Shown here: piece by piece, positions 1 to 8,852 of the stretch
Numbering within the stretch: position 1 is the stretch's first letter
How the letters are laid out: each line of letters begins with the position of its first letter
Sequence record: SRR31156797_18765
Length of the DNA: 42,205 bases
Direction: 5' to 3' (one strand)
The notes under the pieces: generated by a model
Databases searched by the model: none
The model's input: the letters and a program-made list of their open reading frames with translations, nothing else
What the model was told of the DNA's origin: nothing
Program-made: the position numbers and the translations under genes

Positions 1-2
1 GT

Positions 3-323
3 AAAGCTCTCGGGCTGGATGATGTCCTTATGGTTGATCAGGAGAGAGCGCAGGAGGCTATCACAAAGATAGATAATGCACTTGAATCTATATCAAGCGT
101 CAGGGCGACCATTGGTGCTCAGATAAACAGGCTTGAATACACTATCGTTGGACTTGATACTGCACGTGAAAACCTGACAGCATCAGAATCGAGGATACGT
201 GATCTTGATATGGCATCTGAGATGACTGACTTCACAAGGAATCAGATACTTAATCAGGCAGGTGTAGCTATGCTTTCACAGGCGAACGGCTTGCCTAACC
301 TTGCTCTTCAGCTTCTAGGCTAA
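3..323 (+). CDS. fliC: flagellin, C-terminal part (5' truncated by window edge)
   Basis: Flagellin C-terminal motifs RATIGAQINRLE, SRIRDLDMASEMTDFTRNQIL, QAN...LQLLG. The frame is open back to the window start (KALGLDDVLM). Confidence 0.95.
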   Translation, partial: KALGLDDVLMVDQERAQEAITKIDNALESISSVRATIGAQINRLEYTIVGLDTARENLTASESRIRDLDMASEMTDFTRNQILNQAGVAMLSQANGLPNLALQLLG

Positions 324-344
324 TTGAGCAAATAAATTAATCTT

Positions 345-379
345 AAGCTCCGGTATCTTTTCAGGTGCCGGAGTTTTTT
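345..379 (+). terminator. rho-independent terminator after flagellin
   Basis: GCTCCGGTATCT-ttc-AGGTGCCGGAGT hairpin followed by a T run. Confidence 0.85.
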
Positions 380-454
380 ATCATGCCTTTACAATATTAA
401 TCTTGAAAACTCAGCTCGTATGTATATCCTATATAAAAACAAACAGGTGATAAC

Positions 455-847
455 ATGAAGAAATTCTTCCCTTTGATTGCCGTGGCATTTATAGCCGTGG
501 TCACACTTATCTCAGTTGTTCCGGACTATAAGAAGAGTCAGGAACCTTTCAACAAACTTCTCTCATTCGGCAAGGCTAATGGCTTTGCTGTTGGTGTTCT
601 TGTGGGTGATGAGTCCTCGAAGAGTGAGGCTATGCAGGAGATATCCAAGCTTGAGCAGATGATGAACAAAACTATCCATACTAAATACTATGTTGGAGAT
701 ACAGCGATTATAATGGCAGGGAAACAGATGCTAACAGTTCCTGCTTTTATGATAGTTGACGGAGATGGTAATCTCGCTATTAAGTCGAAAGGTGTTGTTA
801 CAGCGAAAGCGCTTGTTCCATACTTCTCGGATCTGCATACGCATTAG
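455..847 (+). CDS. membrane-anchored/exported hypothetical protein, possibly Cys-less thioredoxin-like fold
   Basis: N-terminal hydrophobic segment. TVPAFMIVDGDGN resembles the cis-Pro strand of Trx-fold proteins. No Cys present. AGGTG RBS upstream. Confidence 0.55.
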   Translation: MKKFFPLIAVAFIAVVTLISVVPDYKKSQEPFNKLLSFGKANGFAVGVLVGDESSKSEAMQEISKLEQMMNKTIHTKYYVGDTAIIMAGKQMLTVPAFMIVDGDGNLAIKSKGVVTAKALVPYFSDLHTH

Positions 848-3800
848 TCGGTGATGTATTTATTCTTTCCTGACTTTTTAGCAGTGTAGAGATTTCTGTC
901 GGCTCTTTTGAATATAGATGCAATGGTATCACCTATGCGACATTCGGTGATACCCATGCTGACAGTCTTTGTGCCGGATATTCCCATGTCATGTTTCTCT
1001 ATGACTGATCTGATCTTTTCAGCAAATCCTACTGAACCGTCAACTGTTGTATTACTGCATACAATAACAAATTCCTCTCCGCCCCAGCGGCCGACCATAT
1101 CGGTTGCCCGTATATTCTGAGTAAGGATGTTCGAAATCTGAATTATTACATGGTCTCCTACGTCGTGTCCGTATGTGTCATTCACATGTTTAAAGTCATC
1201 AATATCCATAAGGATTACAATGAAAGGGGTGTGGTAGCGTTCAAATTCGTTTAGCTTAATATTTAATATCTCATCAAGTTTCATTCTGTTGTAAAGCCCT
1301 GTAAGTGCGTCAGTAATTGAGAGCTCTTCAATACGCTTTTTATCTGTGATATCTTCCTGAATAGATCTGTAGCCGGTGATTTCACCCTCACCGTTGTATA
1401 TAGGGCTTATGTTTACGAGCACACAGTAGTTATCGCCATTTTTAGACTTATTCTGAACCTCACCCTTCCAGTTTTTGCCTTTACTTATTGTTGCCCACAT
1501 ATTTTTGAAAACTTCAGGTTTCATGCTGTTGCTTCTGATTAAATTATGATTCTGACCTATTAACTCATCTTCAGTGTAGCCAGAAATTTTACAGAAGGCT
1601 TCATTAACACTTGTTATGATTCCTTCGGGGTCAGTGGTTGATATTATTACGTGCTTATCCACCATGCACTGCTGTTCCAGAAGCTCTTCAGATTTTAGTT
1701 TGAGTTCTTTCTGTGTTTTGATTAGCTGGCTATTTATCCTGCTGACACTTCTGTGCCTGTAAAGAACAAGAGTGATGATAAGTACCATAACAGCGGTCAT
1801 TTTCCATAAGATACCGTAATCTACACCTCTTTCATACTTCACAGATATCCATTTATTAAGAACTTCCTGCTGTTTAGTTTTGGGGATGGAGGCGATCGCT
1901 TTATCAAAAATGCTTTTTAGGAGTGGAACGTCATTTCTTGTTCCTATACCTAGCTCCCATTTATCATCAAATTTACCTGCAATTTTAAGTTCACCAATAA
2001 ATCTTTTCTGTATCTGGTAGCCGACAGTGGCGAGTGTTCCTACAAAGCCGAAGAGCTCTCCCGACTGAACCTTGTTCAGACCATCCTGAACATTCTTAAC
2101 GTCTATCAGGTTCATCTCCGGATATTTTGTTCTGAGTATTTCGGCGTAAGCATAACCAGCAGGAACGCCTATTGGACGGTCGGTAATCTTGGCTATTTTA
2201 TCTATAAAGATTTCATCAATGTTAGTAGCAATCACAAGAGGTATGCTGAGGTATGGAGCGGTAAAGTCAAGGTAGGTTCTTCTCTCAGGTGTAGGCATCA
2301 CAAGTGAGAAGATATCGCACTTTCTGGTTTTGCCAAACTCAAGAGATTCCGACCAGGTTTTAGTTGGAACCATCTCAATCGGAACACCGATAATCCCCTG
2401 AAGCATCGATATGTATTCCGCTGTCATTCCTATGTGAATGCCGTTTTCATTTTTTTCAAAAGGGAGCCAGTTCGGGTCGATGCACATAGTCATCTTGTCC
2501 ATACGTGTGAGAAGCCGCTTTTCCTCGGTGGTGAATCTGAACTTTAAAGAGTTATCATATTTCTGGCTGTAGTTGAAACTGTTGTTGTTAGCAGTTAACC
2601 ACTTATTGCGTATGTTTGTGATCTCGTTTAGAGAGATACGGCTGATAGATTTATTAAGGATTGATAGCAGCTCAGGTGAACCGTTAACTATCCCTATGGA
2701 TACTTTATTGTCACTCTTTGCATTGAACGCCACTACAATATTATTTAAGAAATGATTCGAAATCATATAGTGGTAGTTATTATACCCTACGATGGCATCG
2801 ACTTTTTCATACTGAAGCATCTCGAGCTGATCTTTAGGGTTATTAGGGTAGACAATCTCCACTCCGCCAATTGCCTCAAGGAATTTTATGGCGATTAAAT
2901 GGTTTTTAAGTACGCCAACCTTCTTCCCCCGTAAGTCTTTAGGCTCTGTTATCTCAGGGAGCTTATTCGGTGAGGTAAATACTAGCATAGAGGATGATTC
3001 ATATGAGTCAGTAATCTCCATCCGTTTACGGTTTGCCGGAATGTCATGTATCATACCGAGAACTTGCACCCCTGTCTCCTTCAGTTCCGGATAGCTATCC
3101 TGCGGGATAAAGTTAAATTTCATCCCTGCTTTACCAGCAATCAATCTTAAAACATCAGGGATAGTACCTTTTGTCGGTTTTCCATGATCGGATATAGTAA
3201 GGGGAGGGATATTAGTAGGGAGCGAAACATCAAGCTCACGGTTTTTAGAAAGCCAAATAGCTTCCTGTTGATTGAGAACTATATCCGGCTGGTTGTTATA
3301 AAAGAGATCCTGAGGTATCTCAGTAGAGGCTACATAACCTAAATCTTTATAAACCTGTAAGATATTTCTGACTCTTGTTTTCTCAACAGACCCAAGAGGG
3401 ATGAAGTCTTTTAATATCATCTTCGCTGTGTTTTTTGCTTCATATTTGAGGTGTTCAGGTGATTTGTTCTGTGTGTTATATTTTTTAAGAATTAAGTCTA
3501 TTATCTCGTCGGGATTATCAAGAGCATATCTCCACCCACGTAAGGTGGCAGAGTTCATCTTTTCGACTCTTTCAGGGTGAGCTTCAAGCTCAATTTTAGT
3601 TGTGAAAAAGTTATCACCGTAGAAGTCTATTCCGTAATTCTGAGGCTTTATGATGTTATATTCGTAACCTTTCTCTTTCAGAGCAAAAGGCTCATCTGTG
3701 ATATATGAAACAATACTGGCAACCTTACCGCTTATAAGGTGTTCGATGTCGTATATGTTAGGTATGTTGTTTACTCTTTTGAGCTTATTACCCAGAGTTT

Positions 3801-4242
3801 TCTGGAGCATAAACCTTACGGGTACACCACCGACCGTCCCTGTATTATAAGAGATGGTTCTACCGGGCAGATTGTATGGAGTTTCTATACCGGAGCTTTT
3901 AAGGGATAAGAGGATGAGCGGGGAGTGCTGAAAGATTTGCGACAGGAGCACAACGGGCTTTTTATCTAAGTAGGCGAGAACGATATTCGCGCCGGCAGTC
4001 CCGTATTCAGCATCACCATCTACGACAGAATTAATGTAATACTTACCTTTACCCGGCAGATATTCGACTAAAGAGACGTCAAGACCTGCCTCTTTGTAAA
4101 AGCCTTTCTCCACAGCAGCGTAATAGCCGGCAAACTGGAAGCCGTGCTGCCATTTGAGCTGTATGCTAATACTCTCAAGATCAGCAGAAAAAACAGGACT
4201 TGCTAAAAGTAGAATAATTAACAGATACAGTCGCTTAATCAT
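844..4242 (-). CDS. diguanylate cyclase with NMT1/THI5-like and two PBPb periplasmic sensor domains, TM, PAS, GGDEF
   Basis: Signal peptide; QLKWQHGFQFAGYYAAVEKGFY (NMT1-like); CIDPNWLPFE (PBPb); PAS; GGEEF with RxxD I-site (RATD). Start moved to ATG at 4242 (MIKRL) after a GGAG RBS. Confidence 0.92.
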   Translation of the reverse strand: MIKRLYLLIILLLASPVFSADLESISIQLKWQHGFQFAGYYAAVEKGFYKEAGLDVSLVEYLPGKGKYYINSVVDGDAEYGTAGANIVLAYLDKKPVVLLSQIFQHSPLILLSLKSSGIETPYNLPGRTISYNTGTVGGVPVRFMLQKTLGNKLKRVNNIPNIYDIEHLISGKVASIVSYITDEPFALKEKGYEYNIIKPQNYGIDFYGDNFFTTKIELEAHPERVEKMNSATLRGWRYALDNPDEIIDLILKKYNTQNKSPEHLKYEAKNTAKMILKDFIPLGSVEKTRVRNILQVYKDLGYVASTEIPQDLFYNNQPDIVLNQQEAIWLSKNRELDVSLPTNIPPLTISDHGKPTKGTIPDVLRLIAGKAGMKFNFIPQDSYPELKETGVQVLGMIHDIPANRKRMEITDSYESSSMLVFTSPNKLPEITEPKDLRGKKVGVLKNHLIAIKFLEAIGGVEIVYPNNPKDQLEMLQYEKVDAIVGYNNYHYMISNHFLNNIVVAFNAKSDNKVSIGIVNGSPELLSILNKSISRISLNEITNIRNKWLTANNNSFNYSQKYDNSLKFRFTTEEKRLLTRMDKMTMCIDPNWLPFEKNENGIHIGMTAEYISMLQGIIGVPIEMVPTKTWSESLEFGKTRKCDIFSLVMPTPERRTYLDFTAPYLSIPLVIATNIDEIFIDKIAKITDRPIGVPAGYAYAEILRTKYPEMNLIDVKNVQDGLNKVQSGELFGFVGTLATVGYQIQKRFIGELKIAGKFDDKWELGIGTRNDVPLLKSIFDKAIASIPKTKQQEVLNKWISVKYERGVDYGILWKMTAVMVLIITLVLYRHRSVSRINSQLIKTQKELKLKSEELLEQQCMVDKHVIISTTDPEGIITSVNEAFCKISGYTEDELIGQNHNLIRSNSMKPEVFKNMWATISKGKNWKGEVQNKSKNGDNYCVLVNISPIYNGEGEITGYRSIQEDITDKKRIEELSITDALTGLYNRMKLDEILNIKLNEFERYHTPFIVILMDIDDFKHVNDTYGHDVGDHVIIQISNILTQNIRATDMVGRWGGEEFVIVCSNTTVDGSVGFAEKIRSVIEKHDMGISGTKTVSMGITECRIGDTIASIFKRADRNLYTAKKSGKNKYITD

Positions 4243-4299
4243 AATATAGAGCTCCGTCCACCACAAAACGATTATAGCTTGAAACTCGGTAAATGTTAA

Positions 4300-4671
4300 C
4301 TATTTTATCTCAGGATCAGCTGTTTTTAGCGAGAGGAGGTAGGTGGTAACTGATACTCCTACAAAAAGAAGAATGATATCTATGTATAGGTTTTTGACGA
4401 TGTATATAGACAAGGTGAGTGAAAGCCACAATGTTACTATCGCTTTCTTCTTTGTGCTCATTTTTAAAGCTCGGTTTTCTGAGTAATCTTTTATTGGGGG
4501 ACCGAAAACTTTATGATTTAATAACCAGCTATGCATCCTTTCAGAGCTTCGGAAAAAGAAGTAGGAAGCCAGAAGCATAAAAGGAACAGTAGGGAGGACA
4601 GGCAGAAAAACACCTATCAGCCCAAGCGCAAGACAAATGAAACCTAAACTACCGTGAATGGCTCTTCTCAT
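4300..4671 (-). CDS. YbaN/DUF454 family inner-membrane protein
   Basis: LGLIGVFLPVLPTVPFMLLA...RSSERMHSWLLNHKVFGP signature. Confidence 0.9.
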   Translation of the reverse strand: MRRAIHGSLGFICLALGLIGVFLPVLPTVPFMLLASYFFFRSSERMHSWLLNHKVFGPPIKDYSENRALKMSTKKKAIVTLWLSLTLSIYIVKNLYIDIILLFVGVSVTTYLLSLKTADPEIK

Positions 4672-4818
4672 ATTATCTCCTTAAGAGAATATAATGTATA
4701 TAGCGTGGATTGCAATTGTCATTTTAGCCCATACTAAAAGAATGTGGTATAATTAGTTAATGTAGAATTTATGGGGATATTGCTCCTTATGTCAATTGTG
4801 TTTTGTCAGGAGGTCGAG

Positions 4819-5064
4819 ATGGGAAAGAAATCTTTTTTTTCACAAAGTCCTGAATTTTACGAAAACTTTCACAAGATGATCAGCAACTATAGTATGGCGC
4901 ACGAGGGTGAACCAGCTATCAGTTTAGAAATGCTCGAAGCGTACATGGAGGACAACACCGATGATGCGGAGAGGTTCATGCGTATGTTTCAAATGATCAG
5001 TGACGGGCTGAAAGCTCAGGAGGGTGGCATAGCCAACTACGAGCAGGAAGTCGCTGGTGCATAA
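4819..5064 (+). CDS. small acidic hypothetical protein (81 aa)
   Basis: AGGAGG RBS just before ATG 4819; TGG-TATAAT at 4745-4753; terminator directly after the stop. Confidence 0.7.
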   Translation: MGKKSFFSQSPEFYENFHKMISNYSMAHEGEPAISLEMLEAYMEDNTDDAERFMRMFQMISDGLKAQEGGIANYEQEVAGA

Positions 5065-5072
5065 AAGATAAC

Positions 5073-5100
5073 AAGGCTCTCTTAGCGGGGAGCCTTTTTT
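5073..5100. terminator. terminator between convergent genes
   Basis: AAGGCTCTC-ttagcg-GGGAGCCTT followed by a T run. Confidence 0.8.
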
Positions 5101-5657
5101 TATTTAATAGATTCAGCCAGTTCATTAAGCTTCGCTGATTCTCCCTGAAGCTCAATTGTCACATTTTCCGCACCAAAATCTTTGTTTAAAACTGTAAGTC
5201 CAAGCTTTTCGATGTAGTAATCGGTCTGTCTGGTCATGTCGTACTTAATAGTAATTGTGAGTTTACTGAGCGAGTCGGTATCGATCAGTTTAGCAAGGCT
5301 GACAGCTTCCTGTCCGGCATCGTTATATGCTCTTACCAATCCGCCTGTTCCAAGTTTTATCCCGCCGAAATACCTGACAGTGATTATCGCAGTTTCTATG
5401 AGATCGTACCCCTGAAGGACTTTCAGCGTAGGCTTACCGCTGGTGTTTTTCGGTTCGCCGTCATCAGAACAATTTTCAACAACCTGTCCGTGTTCGTTAA
5501 GAGTGCGGATAGCCCAGACGAAGTGCCTCGCTTTCGGATGGTCATCACGTAGCCTCTGCATCTGTTCATCAAAACTTGATGCAGGTATGAGGTGTGCGAT
5601 GAATGAAGATTTTTTTATATCTACCTTAACCTCTACGGGCTCGATTATTGTGAACAT
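5100..5657 (-). CDS. yigZ: YigZ/IMPACT family protein
   Basis: KKSSFIA, HPKARH, SDDGEP, TVRYFGGIKLGTGGLVRAY motifs. Confidence 0.93.
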   Translation of the reverse strand: MFTIIEPVEVKVDIKKSSFIAHLIPASSFDEQMQRLRDDHPKARHFVWAIRTLNEHGQVVENCSDDGEPKNTSGKPTLKVLQGYDLIETAIITVRYFGGIKLGTGGLVRAYNDAGQEAVSLAKLIDTDSLSKLTITIKYDMTRQTDYYIEKLGLTVLNKDFGAENVTIELQGESAKLNELAESIK

Positions 5658-6367
5658 ATTTTGAACCTGTATTCGACGTCAGTCCCTGTCTTATGAGTGC
5701 GCTCTATAAAGGTGACATTGCCGGAATAATCTATAAGAAGGATTGTCGAGGAGACTGTTCCGTACTCTCCGCTTTTGATAAAGATGGGTGAGAGCATCCT
5801 CTCTTTTTCAATATCTACCCCTGTGTACGGCAGCTGGTCATCGGTCGGTTTCAGGTCATCTTTCAGCAGTTTAAACAGGTCTTCGCTTTTAAAGCTTTGA
5901 GAGCAGGTTTCTGTCAGCATCTTTTTGCCACGTTCAACCTTTACCCAGGGTGTGTTGAGGAGGTGGTTGCTTAGCCCGTATACGCCAGAGGCAAGCTCAT
6001 GATTTTTCTCAGCCCTGTTAGAGCAGTAGTGAAGATTGTCGGCAGTGCCGGATAAGAGATTAAATCCGTTAAAGTCTGAATAGTTGTTTGTGGTATCTCC
6101 GGTTTTAAGATAATCGTAAACGAGAGAGCCTCTTGAAAGCCTGTTAGGAACCATATCTGCCGGGTTGCGATAGTTTGTGAGCGCAGCGAGCCTGCCGTTT
6201 CTGTTGATGCCCATCCATGTTCCGCCAGCTTTTTCGTCTATACCAGAGAGTATGTCACCATTCCATCCGGCTGGTGATGATGGGCGGCTGTAAAACTCAT
6301 CTCTGTTAGCAGCTAATATGAGTTTATATTCAGAATGTTGTTTGTATGAAAAAAGTATCAGACACAT
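5645..6367 (-). CDS. NRDE (TANGO2/DUF833) family protein
   Basis: Starts MCLI; ANRDEFYSRP, GGTWMG, LTNYR, LSNHLLNTPW motifs. Confidence 0.93.
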   Translation of the reverse strand: MCLILFSYKQHSEYKLILAANRDEFYSRPSSPAGWNGDILSGIDEKAGGTWMGINRNGRLAALTNYRNPADMVPNRLSRGSLVYDYLKTGDTTNNYSDFNGFNLLSGTADNLHYCSNRAEKNHELASGVYGLSNHLLNTPWVKVERGKKMLTETCSQSFKSEDLFKLLKDDLKPTDDQLPYTGVDIEKERMLSPIFIKSGEYGTVSSTILLIDYSGNVTFIERTHKTGTDVEYRFKICSQ

Positions 6368-6393
6368 ATAAGTTATATATCAGAGTTGTATGG

Positions 6394-6424
6394 AAAAAGA
6401 AACTCCCCCAAAAGAGGGGGAGCC
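6394..6424 (-). terminator. terminator after ArsC-like selenoprotein gene
   Basis: Minus strand GGCTCCCCC-tctttt-GGGGGAGTT followed by TCTTTTT. Confidence 0.7.
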
Positions 6425-6428
6425 TTGA

Positions 6429-6764
6429 TTATATCTTGTTGTTATAAATATCTTCGTTAAAACCGACAATCCATGTGTCGCCGATTTTAATTGTAGGAGC
6501 ACGGAGGCTTCCACTTCTGCCCAGTGCTATTTGCAGTGTGTCAAACCTGTCTGCTTCAGCCGTTTCAAGCTCAATGAACTTCTTCCCTTTAGCAATTAAT
6601 ATTTTTCTGCCTGATGAGAGCAATTCCCAAGCTTCGTCCGCTTCGATCTTAACCTTGCGGGCCTCTACAGTCTCTTTAACGTCAATCTTCTTACGCTCAA
6701 GAACCTCCTGAGCTTTTTTGCAAGAAGTTCAGCCGCCACGGAAATACATCCAATCAATAGTCAT
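6429..6764 (-). CDS. ArsC/Spx-like thioredoxin-fold selenoprotein, UxxC motif (111 aa, UGA at 6729-6731 read as Sec)
   Basis: GAGAGG RBS, then ATG 6764 reads MTIDWMYFRGG-UGA-TSCKKAQEVL... in frame into the tracked 64 aa ORF (GRSGSLRAPTIKIGDTWIVGFN). SECIS-like hairpin directly after the UGA. Confidence 0.9.
6687..6727 (-). promoter_or_regulatory. bacterial SECIS-like hairpin
   Basis: CUUCUUGC-aaaaaa-GCUCAGGA-ggu-UCUUGAGC-GUAAGAAG: two stacked 8-bp stems with a G-led loop, starting 2 nt after the UGA. Confidence 0.8.
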
Positions 6765-6833
6765 ATCGCACCTCTCTTTTATGTTTATAAGAGTAATACT
6801 AGCTCACTTATACTTTTTTTAGAATAATAAAAT

Positions 6834-7697
6834 TTATAAAGAACGGTGAAGTATGCCCATTATGTTATACACTAGCTGGGCGGATGTATAGTCACAAGCG
6901 TGGTTCCCTTTTATAGGGGCGAACTCTACAACGTCAAATCCGATGCATCTGTGTGAAGTTAGAATTTTCTCGATAAGGTTCAAAGATTGATACCAGCCGA
7001 GACCGCCAGGTACAGGTGTTCCTGTTGCCGGCATAATAGATGAGTCGAGACCGTCTATGTCAAAAGTGATGTATACATTTTTCGGGAAATATGGTGGGAG
7101 TTCAAATTCTTTGTCTCCGCCAGCGCATAGCTCTTCAGCATCCATATAATGGACGTTATTTCTCAGCCTGAAGTTATGCTCATCGAGGCTATAGCTTCTT
7201 GTGCCTAGCTGATAAAAAGGGATATCGAGATCAAATATTCGTTTCATAACACACGCATGGCTGAATTTTGACCCTTCGTAGGAGTCTCTCAGGTCAGCGT
7301 GGGCATCGAACTGAACTACACAGAAGTCTTTACCGTGCTTATTGTATAGAGCTTCCACAGCGCCGTAGGTAACAGTGTGCTCGCCGCCTAGCATTACAGG
7401 TATCTTGTCGGTGCTGACTGCCTTATTTACAGCGGATGCGATATTCATCATAGTATCTTTGACACTGCCGGAGCAATCGACCGGAGGCGCCGTATATATC
7501 CCCATCTCCGCCGGAACAGATTTGCCGTCGAAAGTTTCAAGCTGAGCCGAAGCTCTGATAATGGCATCAGGTCCGTCAGATGTACCGGCACCGTAGGAGA
7601 CCGTATGCTCGTATGGCACTGGGATAATGTGGAAAAGTGCATCTCCCGGGCTGGATGGTTTTACGTCATCGCCGTGAAAATTGATCAAATCACTCAT
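6834..7697 (-). CDS. speB: agmatinase
   Basis: GGEHTV, QFDAHADLR, SHAC, TFDIDGLD, ATGTPVPGG ureohydrolase motifs. Confidence 0.93.
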   Translation of the reverse strand: MSDLINFHGDDVKPSSPGDALFHIIPVPYEHTVSYGAGTSDGPDAIIRASAQLETFDGKSVPAEMGIYTAPPVDCSGSVKDTMMNIASAVNKAVSTDKIPVMLGGEHTVTYGAVEALYNKHGKDFCVVQFDAHADLRDSYEGSKFSHACVMKRIFDLDIPFYQLGTRSYSLDEHNFRLRNNVHYMDAEELCAGGDKEFELPPYFPKNVYITFDIDGLDSSIMPATGTPVPGGLGWYQSLNLIEKILTSHRCIGFDVVEFAPIKGNHACDYTSAQLVYNIMGILHRSL

Positions 7698-8851
7698 GCA
7701 AGTCTACCTCTATAGTCAGCATAACCAAAACTTCTGACTAGTTCAATAGAACCTGATGAATCGAAGGCTGCTATGTCTGGTAGCTCGACTCCGTTAAATG
7801 TTGTATTTTTCACAAATGAGTAGAGTGCCATATCGGTAAAAACCAGCCTGTCCCCTCTGCTGAGAGGTTTAGTAAATGAGTAGGTTCCGATGAAATCGCC
7901 AGCAAGGCAGGATATCCCGCCGAGTTTATAGCTGAACTGTTTTTCGCCCGCTTCGCCAGCACCGATTAAGTGCGGACGGTAAGGCATAGCGAGAACGTCC
8001 GGCATGTGGGTTTCAGCAGAACAGTCAGTGATAGCTATCTCTTCGCCGTTAGTGATTGTGTCCAGCACCGATGTGATAAATACACCAGCGTTTAGCACAA
8101 CCGCTTCCCCAGGCTCAAGGTAAACATCTACGTTATATCTGCTTCTGAAATCATTTATGGTGTTAATGAGTAAATCTATCTGATAGTTATCTCGTGTGAT
8201 GTGGTGTCCGCCGCCGAAATTTATCCATTTCATCTGCGGGATAAGGTGTCCGAATCTCTCTTCAAAGCTCTTAAGAACACGCACAAGAACATCAGCGTCC
8301 TGTTCGCACATGGCGTGGAAATGCAAACCATCTATCCCTGTCAGGTCAACATTCTCCAAGTCTGACGGGTTTACGCCGAAGCGTGAGCCAGCTATGCAAG
8401 GGTTATAAAGGTCAACTTCCACCTCTGCATGACCGGGGTTAACTCTCAGCCCCACCTGCTTATTATCAGGTATTTTATCTTTGAAAAGCTGCCACTGTGA
8501 GATTGAATTGAAAACAATGTGGTCAGAATATTTAACTGTTCTTTCAAACTGTTCGTCAGTGAATGCAGGGCTGTATGTATGTACTTCTCTGCCGAATTCC
8601 TCGTGACCCATCTGTGCTTCGATAGGTCCGCTGGCGCACACACCGTGCAGATATTCTGATATGATATCGAATACCGCAGGCATGGCAAACGCCTTTAGGG
8701 CGAGCAGTATCTTAGCACCCGTACGCTTCTGTACAGAGTCTAAAATCTCGCAGTTGCGCCTTATGACGTCACGGCTCATCAGATAGCAGGGTGTTTTGAC
8801 CTTGTCAGTTATCTCAGTTGGGAAATCTTGCAAAGTTTTTTCTTCATTCAT
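7694..8851 (-). CDS. nspC: carboxynorspermidine/carboxyspermidine decarboxylase
   Basis: LLALKAF PLP lysine; GLRVNP, GSRFGV, GLHFH, NFGGGHHITR, HMPDVL, CLAGD, VKNTTFNG. Start likely ATG 8851, right after the upstream stop. Confidence 0.95.
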   Translation of the reverse strand: MNEEKTLQDFPTEITDKVKTPCYLMSRDVIRRNCEILDSVQKRTGAKILLALKAFAMPAVFDIISEYLHGVCASGPIEAQMGHEEFGREVHTYSPAFTDEQFERTVKYSDHIVFNSISQWQLFKDKIPDNKQVGLRVNPGHAEVEVDLYNPCIAGSRFGVNPSDLENVDLTGIDGLHFHAMCEQDADVLVRVLKSFEERFGHLIPQMKWINFGGGHHITRDNYQIDLLINTINDFRSRYNVDVYLEPGEAVVLNAGVFITSVLDTITNGEEIAITDCSAETHMPDVLAMPYRPHLIGAGEAGEKQFSYKLGGISCLAGDFIGTYSFTKPLSRGDRLVFTDMALYSFVKNTTFNGVELPDIAAFDSSGSIELVRSFGYADYRGRLA

Positions 8852-8852
8852 A

